Source: an uncultured Ruminococcus sp.
Lineage (GTDB): Bacteria; Bacillota; Clostridia; Oscillospirales; Ruminococcaceae
NCBI RefSeq assembly: GCF_902762735.1
Contig: NZ_CACWPP010000001.1
Coordinates: 34,613-98,612 of the forward strand
Direction of reading: 5' to 3'
DNA length: 64,000 nt
In this document: positions 62,291 to 64,000 of the stretch, one piece after another
Layout: the number at the start of each line of letters is the position of its first letter
Numbering within the stretch: position 1 is the first letter of the stretch
Notes under the pieces: model-generated
Seen by the model: the letters and a program-made list of their open reading frames with translations, nothing else
Database searches by the model: none
Told to the model about the DNA's origin: nothing
Program-made: the position numbers and the translations under genes

Positions 62291-63032
62291 TACCTATATC
62301 ATACTCATCGTAAGCGCAGCGATACTTGTGCTTTTCTTTGCGGCAGAAGGCTTCGGCAGCGAACAGTTGAACGGAAGCTGTTTCGCCGTAAATTCGGCTG
62401 AATTGTATTCAGAATGCCTGCCGATGTTCGCGATGCTTTACACTGCCATAATATGCGCAGGCGACATGAAAGACAAGACCATGAACTATGAGATGCTTTC
62501 AGGCACAAAGCGAATATACGTATACTGCGGCAGGATCATTGTCAGCCTTTTGGTGAACACTCTGCTGACAGTGATACTGTTTGCTGTGCCGACACTTATC
62601 ATCAGCGCCATATACGGCTGGGGCTACGCAGTACCCGTTTCAGATGTCATACTGCGCTGGGTATCGGCACTTCTGCCCATGATGCGCCTTACCATGTTCT
62701 ACGCTATGGTCAGCTTTATATTCAAAAGCCCCATATTGGTGTGCACACTGGGTTATGTGCTGACATTTCTGGAAATGATACTATCATTGTTCATTCAGGA
62801 GATGTTATCAGCCAAGATAATACCCATGTACTGCCTGTCGTTCTACAATATGACCAAACTTCTCTGCCCTGAAAATTACGGCTACGGCTTTGCCGAAGAG
62901 AAAGATATAGTGGTAGTAAAAGACCTGCTCCGGACTTCCACCGCTTTACACGGCATGGCGGCAGGAATGCTGGGCATAGTGATATTCGGGGTGCTGGGCT
63001 ATCTGGCATTCAGAAAGAAAGATATGGGGTGA
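62241..63032 (+). CDS. ABC-2-type permease (LanE/G-like), 6 TM
   Basis: Start MFNVIKAQIYQL (or 62232). Hydrophobic 6-helix profile. Paralogous to the next gene (shared N-terminus ..IKAQIYQ../..IRAQIYQI.., ..KDKTMNYEMLSG../..KDKTANYELMSG..). Confidence 0.8.
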   Translation: MFNVIKAQIYQLSRSISTYIILIVSAAILVLFFAAEGFGSEQLNGSCFAVNSAELYSECLPMFAMLYTAIICAGDMKDKTMNYEMLSGTKRIYVYCGRIIVSLLVNTLLTVILFAVPTLIISAIYGWGYAVPVSDVILRWVSALLPMMRLTMFYAMVSFIFKSPILVCTLGYVLTFLEMILSLFIQEMLSAKIIPMYCLSFYNMTKLLCPENYGYGFAEEKDIVVVKDLLRTSTALHGMAAGMLGIVIFGVLGYLAFRKKDMG

Positions 63033-63036
63033 GCGC

Positions 63037-63825
63037 ATGAAAGACCTTATAAGGGCGCAGATATACCAGATACTGCACACAAGAGTTTACTTCTGGGTAC
63101 TTATCGCATGTCTGACGCTGGCGGCGCTTTTCGGCGTGTCTGAATATCTCAACGGCGCAGATAACCTTGACGATGGAATGCTTCTGACAGCCTCAGACTT
63201 TTTCACCCGCTGCGGCATGGTAGCAACACTGTTTCTGGGATTTTCGGGATTTTTCGTTTCATTCTTCACAGGTGATGATTTCAAGGACAAAACTGCCAAT
63301 TATGAACTTATGTCGGGCAGACTGAGAAAGCAGTCATTCTTCGCGCGGGTGACGGTCACTGTCGTTTTCAACATACTGCTGGGATCTCTGATGATGGTAT
63401 TCCCGCTGACTTTATACGCCCTGCTGACAGGCTGGGGCAACAGCATACCCGTCAGCGCGGCAGTTACGCGCATACTGCTGATGGCATTCCCGTTTTTCAG
63501 ACAGGTGTGCTTTTACATACTGCTGACATACATCATCAAACGTCCTGGTTATGCTTTTCTGGCTTGCTACGGCTACATGTGCATTCTTACGCTTCTGCCC
63601 GCGCAGGCTGACCCCACAGGTGCAGTGCTGGCATTCACAAGCATACAGAACCTTCTGCACTTCGACTATTGGGCGACTTTCGGGCTTGAACGTGATGCAC
63701 AGGTCATCTACGACCCAAATATCGACACTGCACTTGCTGTACGCATCATCATTTCTTCGCTGGCGGCAGGCGCGGCATACCTCTGGGCGGCATACAGCTA
63801 CTTCCACAAAGACGATATAGAATAA
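63037..63825 (+). CDS. ABC-2-type permease (LanE/G-like), 6 TM
   Basis: Paralogue of the preceding permease. Confidence 0.8.
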   Translation: MKDLIRAQIYQILHTRVYFWVLIACLTLAALFGVSEYLNGADNLDDGMLLTASDFFTRCGMVATLFLGFSGFFVSFFTGDDFKDKTANYELMSGRLRKQSFFARVTVTVVFNILLGSLMMVFPLTLYALLTGWGNSIPVSAAVTRILLMAFPFFRQVCFYILLTYIIKRPGYAFLACYGYMCILTLLPAQADPTGAVLAFTSIQNLLHFDYWATFGLERDAQVIYDPNIDTALAVRIIISSLAAGAAYLWAAYSYFHKDDIE

Positions 63826-63837
63826 GGGGGCAAAAAA

Positions 63838-64000
63838 ATGGATAGCATAAAAAATATCGACCTTGTCATCATCGCACTTATGCCCCTTAGCGGTGTACTG
63901 CTTTGGGCACTGGCGAACTACGCCGAAAAAGTCAGGAGTTCGCGCTGGCGCATCTGCTGGCTCGTCCCCGCCTTTCTCACCGCGATACTCACCTACCTCG
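63838..64000 (+). CDS. 5' part of a membrane protein gene running off the window
   Basis: ATG 63838 after AAGGGGG. MDSIKNIDLVIIALMPLSGVLLWALANYAEKVRSSRWRICWLVPAFLTAILTYL is open to the window end. Confidence 0.45.
   Translation, partial: MDSIKNIDLVIIALMPLSGVLLWALANYAEKVRSSRWRICWLVPAFLTAILTYL

Noticed and set aside
1-64000. Looked for prophage, integrase, transposase, tRNA, rRNA, tmRNA and toxin-antitoxin pairs
   Set aside because: None was recognisable from the translations or from cloverleaf-like intergenic sequence. The repeats found are non-coding. Absence is by eye only and should be confirmed with tRNAscan-SE, Infernal and ISfinder.

Overview
This 64-kb segment looks like chromosome from a cellulosome-producing Clostridia genome of the Ruminococcus type. 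That assignment is inferred only from five secreted proteins carrying duplicated dockerin segments of the form GDVNGDG..NVTD....AAHVKGI.

Layout:
- Left end (0.3-8.9 kb): a cell-surface protein with tandem CBM-like repeats, a CotH/LTD dockerin protein, and a 1332-aa dockerin protein.
- Centre (8.9-52.6 kb): almost all minus-strand housekeeping genes. These are a CE4 deacetylase, ireB, T-box-controlled pheS-X-pheT, and a 9-kb his operon. They continue with a lipoprotein, polC-ispG-ARH-rseP-dxr-cdsA-uppS-frr-pyrH, yjbQ-gpsA, plsY-der, rpmF-yceD, pgi, and a PBP5-like protein.
- Plus-strand islet (15.8-20.6 kb): an XRE regulator, flavodoxin, a GAD-like/SMI1-type protein, a 2-TM protein, a DUF3783-like protein, and an EamA transporter. 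Repeats flank or sit within it.
- Right end: GH5, CAP-domain, GH30 and LRR proteins (three with dockerins), then an OmpR/HK two-component pair and a LanFEG-like ABC transporter.

I recognised no rRNA, tRNA, CRISPR array, transposase or integrase.

Most unusual observations:
1. Core operons are riddled with tightly or translationally coupled ORFs of unknown function. The his operon reads hisZGD-X-BH-X-F-X-X-IE. hisA is absent, and an ABC-like ATPase plus a zinc-ribbon membrane protein sit between hisF and hisI.
2. There are three families of small intergenic repeats. One is a 37/35-bp GC-core palindrome nested inside copies of the other two. One is a MITE-like element with terminal inverted repeats and a 7-bp target duplication.
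3. A giant dockerin protein carries a duplicated module with a conserved His...Cys pair.

All functional calls come from reading motifs in the translations. No database search was run.
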